55,454 nt of DNA, taken from positions 1 through 55,454 of the forward strand of contig JBJLBX010000031.1 in assembly GCA_045567955.1 (NCBI GenBank), read 5' to 3'. Within the stretch, counting starts at the first letter, position 1, and every line of letters begins with the position of its first letter. This document shows positions 28,177 to 38,052 of the stretch, in pieces. The DNA comes from Candidatus Poseidoniales archaeon. Its GTDB lineage: Archaea > Thermoplasmatota > Poseidoniia > MGIII > CG-Epi1. Made by a program: the position numbers and the translations under genes. Below the pieces are notes generated by a model that did not search any database, had not been told where the DNA came from, and saw nothing but the letters and a program-made list of their open reading frames with translations.

Positions 28177-29390
28177 TAAATAATTGTACTCTGAGATTCA
28201 TAAGTTCCAGAAACTGACGCACCAGGGCCAATTTTAACATAACTTCCTAGAATAGTTCCAGCATTTATGGAGGTATTGATTCCTGTATTTACATTATCTC
28301 CAATAATAGCTCCAAGTTTTCTTCTTCCTGAATCAATTTTTTTTCCTTGATGAATTACATTTATAGTGTTCTTATCTAGTCTCAAATTTGCAATTTTTGT
28401 TCCAGAACCTAGATTGCTATTTTTCCCAATTATTGAATCACCTACATAATTATGATGTGGAGCTTTTGCCCCCTCCATTAATATAGAATTTTTCACTTCA
28501 CTAGATCCTCCAACTTTATTGCTTCCGCAAAGAACTGTTCCTTTTCTAAGATATGCATTTGGCCCAATAACACAATTTTCGCCAATCCAAACAGGTCCTT
28601 CAATATAGGTTCCAGATTTGATAGTTGAATTTTTCCCCAAGTATAAATTTCCTTTAATTGTCACATTATCCTCAATGAGTCCTTGTTTTCCTTCCTTAAT
28701 ATTTTCCATGTAAACTTCATTAGCAGTAATTAAATCCCAAGGCGATCCGATATCCTTCCAAAATCCAGTATGGTTTACTATTTTTATTTCTTTAGCTATA
28801 GACTGTAATGCATCAGTAAGCTCATATTCATCTCTAATAGATTTCCCAATACTGTTAATTGCATTAAATATTTTTTCATTAAATATGTAACTTCCTGCAT
28901 TAATTATCCCTTTCCCTTTTACACCTTTTTCTATAATAGATACCAAATAGTTTTTTTTACTTTCTACAACTCCAAAGTTTGAACAGTCTCTTACTTCAGT
29001 AACCATCATTGCTAAATGGCTTTTATCTTTATTAAGATTTTTTAAATTAGTTGCATCAATAATCATATCTCCATTTATACAATAGAATCGCCCCTCAATG
29101 ATTCCTTTAGCTTGAAGAACGGCATGTCCAGTTCCTTTTTGTTCTTCTTGAGTGATATAATTAATATTTATATCATATTTGTCTCCATTTCCTAGTCTAT
29201 CAGAAATATCTTTCATTTGATATCCAATTAAAATATAAATATTTACAACACCCACTTTTTTTAGCTCGTAAATTTGCCTCTCGATAATTGGCAATCCACA
29301 TATTGGCAATAGTGGTTTTGGATTGTTTTCAGTCAATGGCCACATACGTTTACCTTTTCCAGCCGCTAAAATCAATGCATTTTTAATCAT
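28176..29390 (-). CDS. glmU: Bifunctional sugar-1-phosphate nucleotidyltransferase/acetyltransferase (archaeal GlmU)
   Basis: LAAGKGKRM.PLT...PKPL; hexapeptide repeats; PHHNYVGDS; GRRKLGAIIGD. Confidence 0.9.
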   Translation of the reverse strand: MIKNALILAAGKGKRMWPLTENNPKPLLPICGLPIIERQIYELKKVGVVNIYILIGYQMKDISDRLGNGDKYDININYITQEEQKGTGHAVLQAKGIIEGRFYCINGDMIIDATNLKNLNKDKSHLAMMVTEVRDCSNFGVVESKKNYLVSIIEKGVKGKGIINAGSYIFNEKIFNAINSIGKSIRDEYELTDALQSIAKEIKIVNHTGFWKDIGSPWDLITANEVYMENIKEGKQGLIEDNVTIKGNLYLGKNSTIKSGTYIEGPVWIGENCVIGPNAYLRKGTVLCGSNKVGGSSEVKNSILMEGAKAPHHNYVGDSIIGKNSNLGSGTKIANLRLDKNTINVIHQGKKIDSGRRKLGAIIGDNVNTGINTSINAGTILGSYVKIGPGASVSGTYESQSTII

Positions 29391-31105
29391 ATTTTTTCCT
29401 TAATCTTATCCATCAATAGAGTATTTATTTTTGCCCCATCAATTTTACCCCTAAATTCAGTCATTACAGGCCCCATTAATGGCCCTATGGCAGCCATTCC
29501 TCTTTCTTTAATGAAATTATTTTTTTCTTCAATTAATAAATCTATGAAATTCTTAACTTCGTCTTCTATATTTTCACTTCCAAATTGAATTTCTTGACCA
29601 GTTATAAGTTGAATAAGAGCATTCTCGATTCCTTCTTTAGAGATTCTACTTTCTTTTAATAAATCTAATACAGTAATTATTTCATCATCAGAAATAATTG
29701 GTAGATTTTTAGAAGCTATATTTGGTAGAGTATGTAATAAAACTCGAGATACTATTTTGGCATCTTCAGAATGCTTCATTAATAATTTAAAGCGTTGATC
29801 CAAGTTTCGCGAAACCATCTGTTTTGATTCTTCATTATTAAGAGGTAAAAGTTTTTCTCTTTCATCTAAAGTTTTTGGAATAATAATTTGAATATTGTTT
29901 AGTTTTAAAGGCGGTATATCAGTTTCAGGATACATTCTAGAAGCTCCAGGCATTGGCCTAATATATCTTGTTAAATTTTCAGGAGTTACTCTCCTAACTT
30001 CTTTTGGTACGCCCCTTATTTTTACACGTTCAATGACTCTATTCATTGCATCTTTAGCAATTTTTTCTTCACCAAAAATCAGAACAAATGCATCATTTTT
30101 TTTACAATTTAAGATTTCATGTAATTTATCAGTTTTTTCTTTAGAAATACCATAAGCAGGTAATTCATCACTATGGATAATACCCTTAACACCAGCTTTT
30201 TTTGCGTAATCTGCTAATTCACGCCCCATTCTCACATGATTCTTTTCTGAGTCTTTATTTCCCAAGATTCCTTTCCATCCTATTAATTTAGATGCAATTG
30301 AAAACTTCTGCTTTTTAAAATGTTCAGATACTACGATAGTTTCACCAATACTGCCTTCAATTAGCTCATTTAAGTTCGACTGTCTTAAAATTTCATTTTC
30401 AACAACTTGTGGCATACTTGATAAGTCTTGGAATCCCTTTAGTTCGACACGTTGCCCACCATTTATGGACACGTTTACATCTTGTCTGATTGTCCCTAAT
30501 CCTCTCTTCACGTGACACGCTCTAAGAAGCCTTCCAAGGGCTTTAGCAGCTTGTTGAACTTGTGTAGGTTCATTTAGTTGCGGTTTTGTAGTGATTTCTA
30601 AAAGAGGTATTCCTAATCGGTCTAGTAAATATTCATCTTTATTTTTACCGTGTCTACAAGAATCTTCTTCTAGGCAAATTTGATCTAATTCCAGAATTCC
30701 ACCTTCATACTCTATTTGACCACCCGTTGCAACTAGGGCCGTTCTTTGAAAACCACTTGTATTAGATCCATCAACAACAACTTTTCTCATAAAATGTATT
30801 TCTTCAAGAATTGTAGAATTTACTAACTTAGCAAATTGAAGTGCTATTTCCACGGCACTCATATTTGGCCCTCTTGGAGGTTCTTCGTCAGTATAAACTA
30901 AACAGTTACACCCCTTATTGAAGTAAGTAAATTCTCTAATTCCTTCTGATTTTGCAGCGACATCTATATTTCCCATTTCACTTGAAGTTGCATGCAATAT
31001 TCTCTTAAATATGAGATTATCTTCTATATTGAATTCATCGCATTTACAGAAAAGTTTTCCACAATCAAGCTGCTGATGAATTTCAAGTCCAGCTTTTAAC
31101 CTCAT
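29387..31105 (-). CDS. gatE: Glu-tRNA(Gln) amidotransferase subunit E
   Basis: GLEIHQQL, RKVVVDGSNTSGFQRT, CLEED, LDRLGIPL.EI, GTIRQDVNVSI, PGASRMYPETD motifs. Confidence 0.95.
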   Translation of the reverse strand: MRLKAGLEIHQQLDCGKLFCKCDEFNIEDNLIFKRILHATSSEMGNIDVAAKSEGIREFTYFNKGCNCLVYTDEEPPRGPNMSAVEIALQFAKLVNSTILEEIHFMRKVVVDGSNTSGFQRTALVATGGQIEYEGGILELDQICLEEDSCRHGKNKDEYLLDRLGIPLLEITTKPQLNEPTQVQQAAKALGRLLRACHVKRGLGTIRQDVNVSINGGQRVELKGFQDLSSMPQVVENEILRQSNLNELIEGSIGETIVVSEHFKKQKFSIASKLIGWKGILGNKDSEKNHVRMGRELADYAKKAGVKGIIHSDELPAYGISKEKTDKLHEILNCKKNDAFVLIFGEEKIAKDAMNRVIERVKIRGVPKEVRRVTPENLTRYIRPMPGASRMYPETDIPPLKLNNIQIIIPKTLDEREKLLPLNNEESKQMVSRNLDQRFKLLMKHSEDAKIVSRVLLHTLPNIASKNLPIISDDEIITVLDLLKESRISKEGIENALIQLITGQEIQFGSENIEDEVKNFIDLLIEEKNNFIKERGMAAIGPLMGPVMTEFRGKIDGAKINTLLMDKIKEKI

Positions 31106-31122
31106 GTACTAGTCGCGGGTAT

Positions 31123-32037
31123 CTAGTTTTTAAAAGAAGCGGTGAATAAATTTTTATTGCGATAAAGCATAATCAGAGCTATAATTCCAAGAATGGGCCC
31201 TACAATCAGAAACCCCGTTGCTAAGATTGAAAAGAAAGTTCCAATTTGTGCATTTTTGTATGATTGAAGATTATATGTGACCCATGCTCCCCATAAACCG
31301 ATTGCTGAAAACAGAAAAATTAGATTAGGGCACCATGATTCTACTTTAACATATACTGAATCTTCCAGATTAATAGTTCCGATTCCCTCCTCCGTGGTAA
31401 ATACAAAACGATTCACACCATCTATTCCTTGATTAATATCTATCAAGCTCAGATTATTATCTTGGGGTGGAATAAAAATTTGCATAATAACTTGTTTGTG
31501 TGAATTTACACTTATCTCAACTAAATGTTTTCCAGGTTTTACAAAAATATTGTAGGTTCCATTGCCAATGTATGTTTGATTTACTTCATTCGAATCTATA
31601 ACTACAATTGCTTCGTTTAAGTAAGCAGTATTATTTCTAACTACAATTTCTACTTTTATTTTATCATATTCATTGTAATCATCACTAAAGAAATCCATGA
31701 GAAGACTTCCAGTTGCAAATCCTGATAGAGATGACATAATAATTAATATTGTAATAATATTTTTTGTATTATTTACTGTAGGCTTATTCTTGAATATATC
31801 TTTTCCCCCTTCATATTTAACATAATCACGAGGTAATTTTGTCTGTTTAACCGTTTTTTCTTTCTTAGTTTCTACTAAAACCTTAATTTCATCATCTTTT
31901 AGTATAACTTCTAATTTAGAATCACATACTTTACATATTTTTTCGAAAGTACCATTTCGATCACCCATTAGAATTAATTTATTTGAGCTATTACAATTAG
32001 GACAGTCGTAACTCCAATTCCCTGAACGTATGGCCAT
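31123..32037 (-). CDS. Membrane protein: N-terminal Zn ribbon, TM, extracellular beta-sandwich, C-terminal TM helices
   Basis: CPNC-x17-CKVC; hydrophobic segments; GxY.I.V.PG.H.V.I motif. Confidence 0.7.
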   Translation of the reverse strand: MAIRSGNWSYDCPNCNSSNKLILMGDRNGTFEKICKVCDSKLEVILKDDEIKVLVETKKEKTVKQTKLPRDYVKYEGGKDIFKNKPTVNNTKNIITILIIMSSLSGFATGSLLMDFFSDDYNEYDKIKVEIVVRNNTAYLNEAIVVIDSNEVNQTYIGNGTYNIFVKPGKHLVEISVNSHKQVIMQIFIPPQDNNLSLIDINQGIDGVNRFVFTTEEGIGTINLEDSVYVKVESWCPNLIFLFSAIGLWGAWVTYNLQSYKNAQIGTFFSILATGFLIVGPILGIIALIMLYRNKNLFTASFKN

Positions 32038-32484
32038 TTATGCTATTTCAGGGCTATTATCTTTATTATTTGGTAATTTACCTTTTTTACCAATTTTTAT
32101 TTGAGGTATTTCTATTTTAAATGGTGGAGGTAAATTTAATTTTTTAGCAATATTAAGAACTTCGAAGGAGCCTTGTGCTAAAACTCGATTATGTACATTC
32201 TCAGCAATATTGTCTGGTAGCTTGTGTTCTTTTTCCCATTTTAATTCAGCTTTAGTGATATTGTCTTTATTTTCTTCATGATATGCTATTTCACAGTCTA
32301 GTTGAACAATTCCCAATATTCCATATGAGACTGTATATCTCATTTCAACTACTAAATCGGTTTTAGTTTTTTTTCTTACAGAGATAATATTTGTATTATG
32401 ATCGATTCGAACTTGTTTCTGTGGAGCTGATTTACGATGCCTTTTTGCCTCAACACCAATTATTTGAAAACCTTTTGCGGGCAT
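32038..32484 (-). CDS. Conserved hypothetical protein, possible SecB-like fold (148 aa)
   Basis: Start set at ATG 32484 (MPAKGFQI). Four beta-like segments, a helix, then LNLPPPFKIEIP. Confidence 0.6.
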   Translation of the reverse strand: MPAKGFQIIGVEAKRHRKSAPQKQVRIDHNTNIISVRKKTKTDLVVEMRYTVSYGILGIVQLDCEIAYHEENKDNITKAELKWEKEHKLPDNIAENVHNRVLAQGSFEVLNIAKKLNLPPPFKIEIPQIKIGKKGKLPNNKDNSPEIA

Positions 32485-32571
32485 AATTATCTTACGAACG
32501 CTAGTTATTGATATTTTCCCTTCAAAAATTAAGCGGTTATTTTTATTATCTCCTTTCTTTAGAATAACTAA

Positions 32572-33027
32572 GTGTACAAGGTCTTTGGAACTGTATTGAT
32601 GATAGCAATGGTCTCTATAGCAGGTTGCCAAGAAGTTGAATCTAGCCGTACAATTGTATCTTTGCAAATAGATTCAGACGGTGAAAATAATTGGATTTAT
32701 GTTTATACAATTCCTCGTACAAAAATGGGTAATCTTACTATAAATATTGGCGATAGTATCGAAACATATCCTTCCGTTTTTAGTCACCAAACACATATTT
32801 CAAATGAAGTTATAGCTAATATTACAGATTCAGAAAATTATTTTTCATTAATTGTTTTAGCAGATTTAAAAAACACACATTGGGAATTTAAATGTAAAAT
32901 ACGTATAACTACTTCAGAATTAGATGAAGAGTTATTTGTAGCAGATGTTTTAATAGATGAGGATGGTGAAGAAGTAGAAAAGATGTGGCAATTGCCTTAT
33001 AATTTACCTTTAGAGTTTAAATCATGA
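32572..33027 (+). CDS. Hypothetical lipoprotein
   Basis: Lipobox-like VSIAGC after a hydrophobic stretch. Confidence 0.65.
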   Translation: MYKVFGTVLMIAMVSIAGCQEVESSRTIVSLQIDSDGENNWIYVYTIPRTKMGNLTINIGDSIETYPSVFSHQTHISNEVIANITDSENYFSLIVLADLKNTHWEFKCKIRITTSELDEELFVADVLIDEDGEEVEKMWQLPYNLPLEFKS

Positions 33028-33368
33028 ATATATCAAAGACACCAGTTGCATATCAGGTAACGGTTGGTTTAGTCCTGCTCTTTTTAATATATTTAATTTT
33101 ATTTCAGATAGGTTTGATAAGTTTTGATGTGAGTGATTTATTGATGTTTTATTCTTTTTCAGTTTACACAGTTTCCTTAGCTGCAGTATTAGGAGGCATT
33201 CTTACAGGAATGTTTATTGCAACTCGAGCTCTTTCGAATCAAGGTTTTACACCGTTTGAAGTATCTATGCTAAAACTTAGAGATGATATTCACAATTTAG
33301 AAAAGGAAGTTCAAAAAATTTCTAAAAGTTTAGATAATGATGAAAAAAGTTCCGAAAAAAACGAGTAA
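33024..33368 (+). CDS. Small 2-TM membrane protein with C-terminal coiled coil
   Basis: Two hydrophobic helices; LRDDIHNLEKEVQKI; overlaps the upstream stop (ATGA). Confidence 0.7.
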   Translation: MNISKTPVAYQVTVGLVLLFLIYLILFQIGLISFDVSDLLMFYSFSVYTVSLAAVLGGILTGMFIATRALSNQGFTPFEVSMLKLRDDIHNLEKEVQKISKSLDNDEKSSEKNE

Positions 33369-33392
33369 TAGTTATATAAACTTTCTACTCTA

Positions 33393-36338
33393 ATGGAAAT
33401 CATGTCTAGAGTAAATTACAATTTTTTAGTGGCAATACTCGCAGCGGTTTTAATTTCGCCAATTGCAGGCGTAAATCAAAATATTATCGAGAGTAAATCT
33501 GAACTTTTAGCTAATGATTTTAGCGGCCAATCGCGTGATGGAGATTATGATGTGATTATTGAACTTGCACCAAGTAACGAAGGTTTATCTGAAGTAACTC
33601 GTTGTGAAGAGTTAACTGCCGAATTTCAAATTTCAAATACTGGTGACCTTGATGATACTTATGTTCTTTCGGTTACTTGGTATGATGAATACAATTATGG
33701 TTGGTATGCCGAACCCGTTCAAGAGACTGTTTCTGTAGCTTCTGGGACTCAAGAATTCGTTTTATTTACATTTCAGGCACCTGTTCAATTTGTAGTTGAT
33801 GAAGATGAAATGGACTATACAGTAACAGCATCATCTGAAAATTCGACAGTAACAAGTTCAGATATCACTCAGAAATTAGTAATAGATAATATTTACGCAG
33901 TAGATGTTTATATGAGGCAAGGTGATGCTAAAGAAGGCAATCGAGGAGACTCAGTTTTCTATTCAGTTGAAATGAAAAATGTAGGTCAGAATGGAGATAA
34001 TTTTAGTATAGATACTTCAGAAATGCCAAAAGACTGGTCAGCTCTTTTAGGTTCATCCTATATGTATCTTGATCCTCAAGAGACAGGTACCTTTACCTTG
34101 GAAGTTATTATTCCTGATACAGCAGCTGAAGAAGAATATGCATTTATTCAAGTATTAGTTAATGTCCAAGCTGGAAATTATGATTATATCTATAATTTTT
34201 GTAATTCTAACACAACTGTGGAAGACGGAAGGCATTATGCAGTAGATATAATTCCAGATGCATATCATAAAATGGTTATTCCAGGCGGCCAAATTTTGTA
34301 TAATTTATATGTTACCAATGATGGGGATGAAGTTGATTCTTTTATTTTGGAATTAAAAGATGTTATGGCTCAAGGTTGGGGTTCAAATCTTAGCCAGTTT
34401 ATAGTAGAAGATCTTGGTCCACAGGAAGAAGCAGTAGTAGTTATGAACGTTACAAGTCCATCAGATTCTATTGCAGATGATTCATCACCTTCAGAAATAG
34501 TTGTACGTTCTGCCAACAGAGAACAATTTTCCGATAATGTGGAGCTCAGTACTTCAGTTAGAATACCCGAAAGAGGTTTAGATTTGACTGTTGAAGATTT
34601 TGATAAGAAAGGGGATCCTTCAACAACAGTTGTTTATCATTTTAGTTTAGAGAATACAGGCACAGATCCCGATGATTTTTCTTTAAGTATTGAACGTTGT
34701 AATGACTGCAGTGCATGGGGGGCAACCTTGAGCACATATCATATTACAGATTTAGATGATGGTGACTTTTATGACTTTGAAATGCATATTGAAATTCCAG
34801 ATTCAGCCCGTAATACAGATTCAGCTGAAATGACAGTTATTGCTCAATCTGATGATGATTCTGAAGTTGAACAGGACGTTTACACAATAACAGGTGTTGA
34901 TAAGGTCCTTAATCGCCATATTACTTGGGATTCAGGGATGGTATTAAATCCGGGAGATAGTTCAGATATAGATATTAGCATTTCAAATTATGGTAATAGT
35001 TATCAATCATATACTTTTGAATCTGATGAGCTTCCAAATGGGTGGGAATTTGATAATTTCCCATATCAAACTGATGATTTAGAGCCTTATGTAGGTGATG
35101 AGTCTTTCAGTGTTCCATTTACAGTTTCTGATAATGAAAATCCAGGTTATTATAATTTTACAATAGATGTAATATTAGATGAGGATAATTATAAAATAGA
35201 GTCTTTTGAGGTGTCAGTTAAAATCGAATATTATGCTGAGTTTTATTTGGATGTTATTGCTATAGAGTCCTTTGAGAGTCCTGGAGATACACATTTCTTT
35301 GATGTAGAAATAACTAATAATGCGAATATAGATGATACAATTAGTTTATCTATTTTTGATGTTCCATTAGGTTGGACCACATGTTTCCGAATCAATCAAG
35401 ATTGTTTTACAGAAATTACAGTTTCAGAGGGGATGACAAGTTCATTTGTTCTTGAAATAACTACAAATTATGATGAGCCAGCTAATACTGCAAATGGTAT
35501 ATTTTTGTATGTAGAGGGAGTTTCAGGTCTGAATAATAAAGTAAGCTCTTTTGATACACTTTCAATTTATACAAATCCAGTTTATGAGTTAACAATGGTT
35601 ATTAATTCAGATTTTAAAGAGGGTGTTTCTGGAGATGTAATTCCATTTCAAGTTACAATTACAAATGTTGGTAATGATAATGATTTTATTCGTTTACCTC
35701 ATGCAGTAGCGCCAGTAGGTTGGTTAACTTATTGGTCCGAATCTCAATTTATGTTAGGTGCTCAACAATCTAAAATTGTGTATCTTAATGTAGAGGTTCC
35801 AGAAAATGTATATGGTGGAAATAATATGATTGATGGAGAAATATTATCAGATCAGTCAGGGCAGGCTTTAGATTTACATTTCATAGTTTATATTGATGAA
35901 AAACCAGATATTGATATTGAGTTAAAATTAACTGCAGGTGAAGTAATGGCTGGTACAACTGGTAAATTTACAGTTAGATTAACAAATAATGGAAATACTG
36001 TTGAAAATTTAAAGTTGACAATTGAAGGCAAGCGAGCTTCTTGGTTTACATTGCCTCCTGATTCAGTTCGTTTAGAACCTGGTGATTTCCAAGAAATAGT
36101 TATTGAAGTTGAACCGCCAATAATGCAGGCTGCAACAGAAACATCAGGAATGTTGAATGTAACAGGCAGTCAAACAGATAAATTGTCTTTACCTTTTACA
36201 GTTTTAAAATCAGATTCAGTTGTTAATGAGCCGATAACTGAGGAAGAAGATGGAATTCTTGAGAGTCTTCCTAGTCTAAGTTTCTTTTCAGGCATATTAG
36301 TCATTTCTTTAATTTCTCGATTAGGTCGAAGAAGATAA
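33393..36338 (+). CDS. Secreted protein with about 8 Ig/NEW3-like repeats and C-terminal LPSLSF-TM-RRR anchor
   Basis: Repeating x(I/L)xN.G...D.(F/Y) and (P).(G/D)W motifs. TATA GTTATATAAAC at 33372; real start may be ATG 33402. Confidence 0.82.
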   Translation: MEIMSRVNYNFLVAILAAVLISPIAGVNQNIIESKSELLANDFSGQSRDGDYDVIIELAPSNEGLSEVTRCEELTAEFQISNTGDLDDTYVLSVTWYDEYNYGWYAEPVQETVSVASGTQEFVLFTFQAPVQFVVDEDEMDYTVTASSENSTVTSSDITQKLVIDNIYAVDVYMRQGDAKEGNRGDSVFYSVEMKNVGQNGDNFSIDTSEMPKDWSALLGSSYMYLDPQETGTFTLEVIIPDTAAEEEYAFIQVLVNVQAGNYDYIYNFCNSNTTVEDGRHYAVDIIPDAYHKMVIPGGQILYNLYVTNDGDEVDSFILELKDVMAQGWGSNLSQFIVEDLGPQEEAVVVMNVTSPSDSIADDSSPSEIVVRSANREQFSDNVELSTSVRIPERGLDLTVEDFDKKGDPSTTVVYHFSLENTGTDPDDFSLSIERCNDCSAWGATLSTYHITDLDDGDFYDFEMHIEIPDSARNTDSAEMTVIAQSDDDSEVEQDVYTITGVDKVLNRHITWDSGMVLNPGDSSDIDISISNYGNSYQSYTFESDELPNGWEFDNFPYQTDDLEPYVGDESFSVPFTVSDNENPGYYNFTIDVILDEDNYKIESFEVSVKIEYYAEFYLDVIAIESFESPGDTHFFDVEITNNANIDDTISLSIFDVPLGWTTCFRINQDCFTEITVSEGMTSSFVLEITTNYDEPANTANGIFLYVEGVSGLNNKVSSFDTLSIYTNPVYELTMVINSDFKEGVSGDVIPFQVTITNVGNDNDFIRLPHAVAPVGWLTYWSESQFMLGAQQSKIVYLNVEVPENVYGGNNMIDGEILSDQSGQALDLHFIVYIDEKPDIDIELKLTAGEVMAGTTGKFTVRLTNNGNTVENLKLTIEGKRASWFTLPPDSVRLEPGDFQEIVIEVEPPIMQAATETSGMLNVTGSQTDKLSLPFTVLKSDSVVNEPITEEEDGILESLPSLSFFSGILVISLISRLGRRR

Positions 36339-36356
36339 TTTTCTGGAGAATAGTTT

Positions 36357-37088
36357 TTGGTAAATTATTCTATTTCAGGCAAGGATTTGGCATTACCAAA
36401 AGAATCTGAAGAATTGAGTAATGTTTTAGAACGACATAGTAAATCTGAACTTGAAATTGATTTAGATGGTCAAAATATAGATTTATCTTTGCTAAGATCT
36501 GCCAGTATATTACAAGTTAAACATCGTATTGAGAAAAGTTTAACACCGGATAAAAATTTAATTCAAGCTATTGAAGCTTTAGATGAAGCCCATACAATTT
36601 TTAATTTGGTTTCTGAAAGATATATAACCTGGCATTCACAATTGACTGGTAGTCCTAGAATTAAATTAGAGAAGGTAATGGAAAAGGATAATTTGCCATC
36701 TCAAATAGATAAATTAAAAATATTTATCAATTCGATTCAAGAATTAGTGTCATATTTATCAAATTATTTAGATTTAGAATCGCCTAAAGTATTTCCAGCA
36801 TTAGTTGATATATTAGGTACACAGTTAGCAGTTAGAATGGTTGCTTCAGCAGGAGACTTATCAAAATTAGCACGTATGCCATCATCAACTATTCAGTTAC
36901 TTGGTGCTGAAAAAGCTCTTTTCCGTCACATGTCTGATGGAAGCCCCCCACCAAAGCACGGCTTTCTTTATCAACATCCAATTATTAAAAAATCGAGCCC
37001 TAAAAATAAAGGTAAGAATTCAAGAAAATTAGCAGCCAAAGTAGCAATAGCTTCTAAATTAGATTATTTTGGAGAAAAAAATGGATAA
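36357..37088 (+). CDS. nop5: Nop5/Nop56-like box C/D RNP protein (short form)
   Basis: LARMPSSTIQLLGAEKALFRH, PPKHG.LYQHP, RKLAAKVAIA.KLD. GGAG RBS precedes the TTG start. Confidence 0.9.
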   Translation: MVNYSISGKDLALPKESEELSNVLERHSKSELEIDLDGQNIDLSLLRSASILQVKHRIEKSLTPDKNLIQAIEALDEAHTIFNLVSERYITWHSQLTGSPRIKLEKVMEKDNLPSQIDKLKIFINSIQELVSYLSNYLDLESPKVFPALVDILGTQLAVRMVASAGDLSKLARMPSSTIQLLGAEKALFRHMSDGSPPPKHGFLYQHPIIKKSSPKNKGKNSRKLAAKVAIASKLDYFGEKNG

Positions 37089-38001
37089 AGATACAGTTAA
37101 AAATTCTAATTTTCAAACTTTTGGCTATGGCTTATTGATGGGTATTGCAGATTCAGTTCCAGGAGTTAGTGGAGGTACAATTGCTTTGATTGTAGGGATA
37201 TATGAGAAGTTAATTAATTCATTATCTATTTTCTTGAATTTTTTTAGAGATGGTTTTCCTTCAAAATCTTACAATAATTTTGTATCTTCAATATATTTTT
37301 TATTACCGTTAGGTTTTGGAATAATTTGTTCTTATTATTTGATTACTAAGATATTAGTTGGTCCCGATGAATCTCCGGGATTGTTAAGACAAAATTCGAC
37401 TGCACCTTATGTTTATGCTTTCTTTTTTGGATTAGTTTTAATTAGTATTAAAGAACCATGGAAAGGCGTTTCTTCTCCATCTTTTGACAATTATTTGCTT
37501 TTGTTTATAGGTGTTTTTTTAATTTATTTTTATACACTTTTCCCTTTAAGTTACGGCAATAGTAATTTCTTATTGATAATTTGTGGTGCTTTAGCACTCA
37601 CGGCAATGTTGTTACCAGGGATAAGTGGGGCTTTAGTTCTTTTAGCATTAGGACAATATACAAATATAGCAAATTCGGTACATAATCTTGATTTAGAACC
37701 TTTAATATTTTTTCTTTTAGGTGGAATATTAGGTTTAGTGACGTTTGTCCCTTTAATGAATTTTTTTCTGAATAAGTACAATGAATATACCTTATCACTT
37801 TTGGCTGGACTTATGCTTGGTTCATTGATAACTTTATGGCCTTGGAAGGATAATTACGATGGTGAAACTTTATCTTCAAATTTAGGTCTTAGTGAGATTA
37901 TTAATAATTTTGAGACTTTAGAATTAATTTTTACCTTCTTTATCTTTATTATGGGGATGTCTTCATCTTATCTATTAAAACATTACTTATCGGCTAAATA
38001 A
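37081..38001 (+). CDS. DUF368 membrane protein (polyprenyl-phosphate translocase family)
   Basis: MGIADSVPGVSGGTIA and AMLLPGISG duplicated motifs; start set at ATG 37081. Confidence 0.9.
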   Translation: MDKDTVKNSNFQTFGYGLLMGIADSVPGVSGGTIALIVGIYEKLINSLSIFLNFFRDGFPSKSYNNFVSSIYFLLPLGFGIICSYYLITKILVGPDESPGLLRQNSTAPYVYAFFFGLVLISIKEPWKGVSSPSFDNYLLLFIGVFLIYFYTLFPLSYGNSNFLLIICGALALTAMLLPGISGALVLLALGQYTNIANSVHNLDLEPLIFFLLGGILGLVTFVPLMNFFLNKYNEYTLSLLAGLMLGSLITLWPWKDNYDGETLSSNLGLSEIINNFETLELIFTFFIFIMGMSSSYLLKHYLSAK

Positions 38002-38052
38002 GCTTAAATGTATGTAAGAGCTTTTAAGAAACCCCTTCTGTGAAGGCAATAT

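Noticed and set aside
29387-31105. gatE without adjacent gatD and somewhat short (572 aa)
   Set aside because: All catalytic motifs are present, and gatD may lie elsewhere; cannot be judged from this window.
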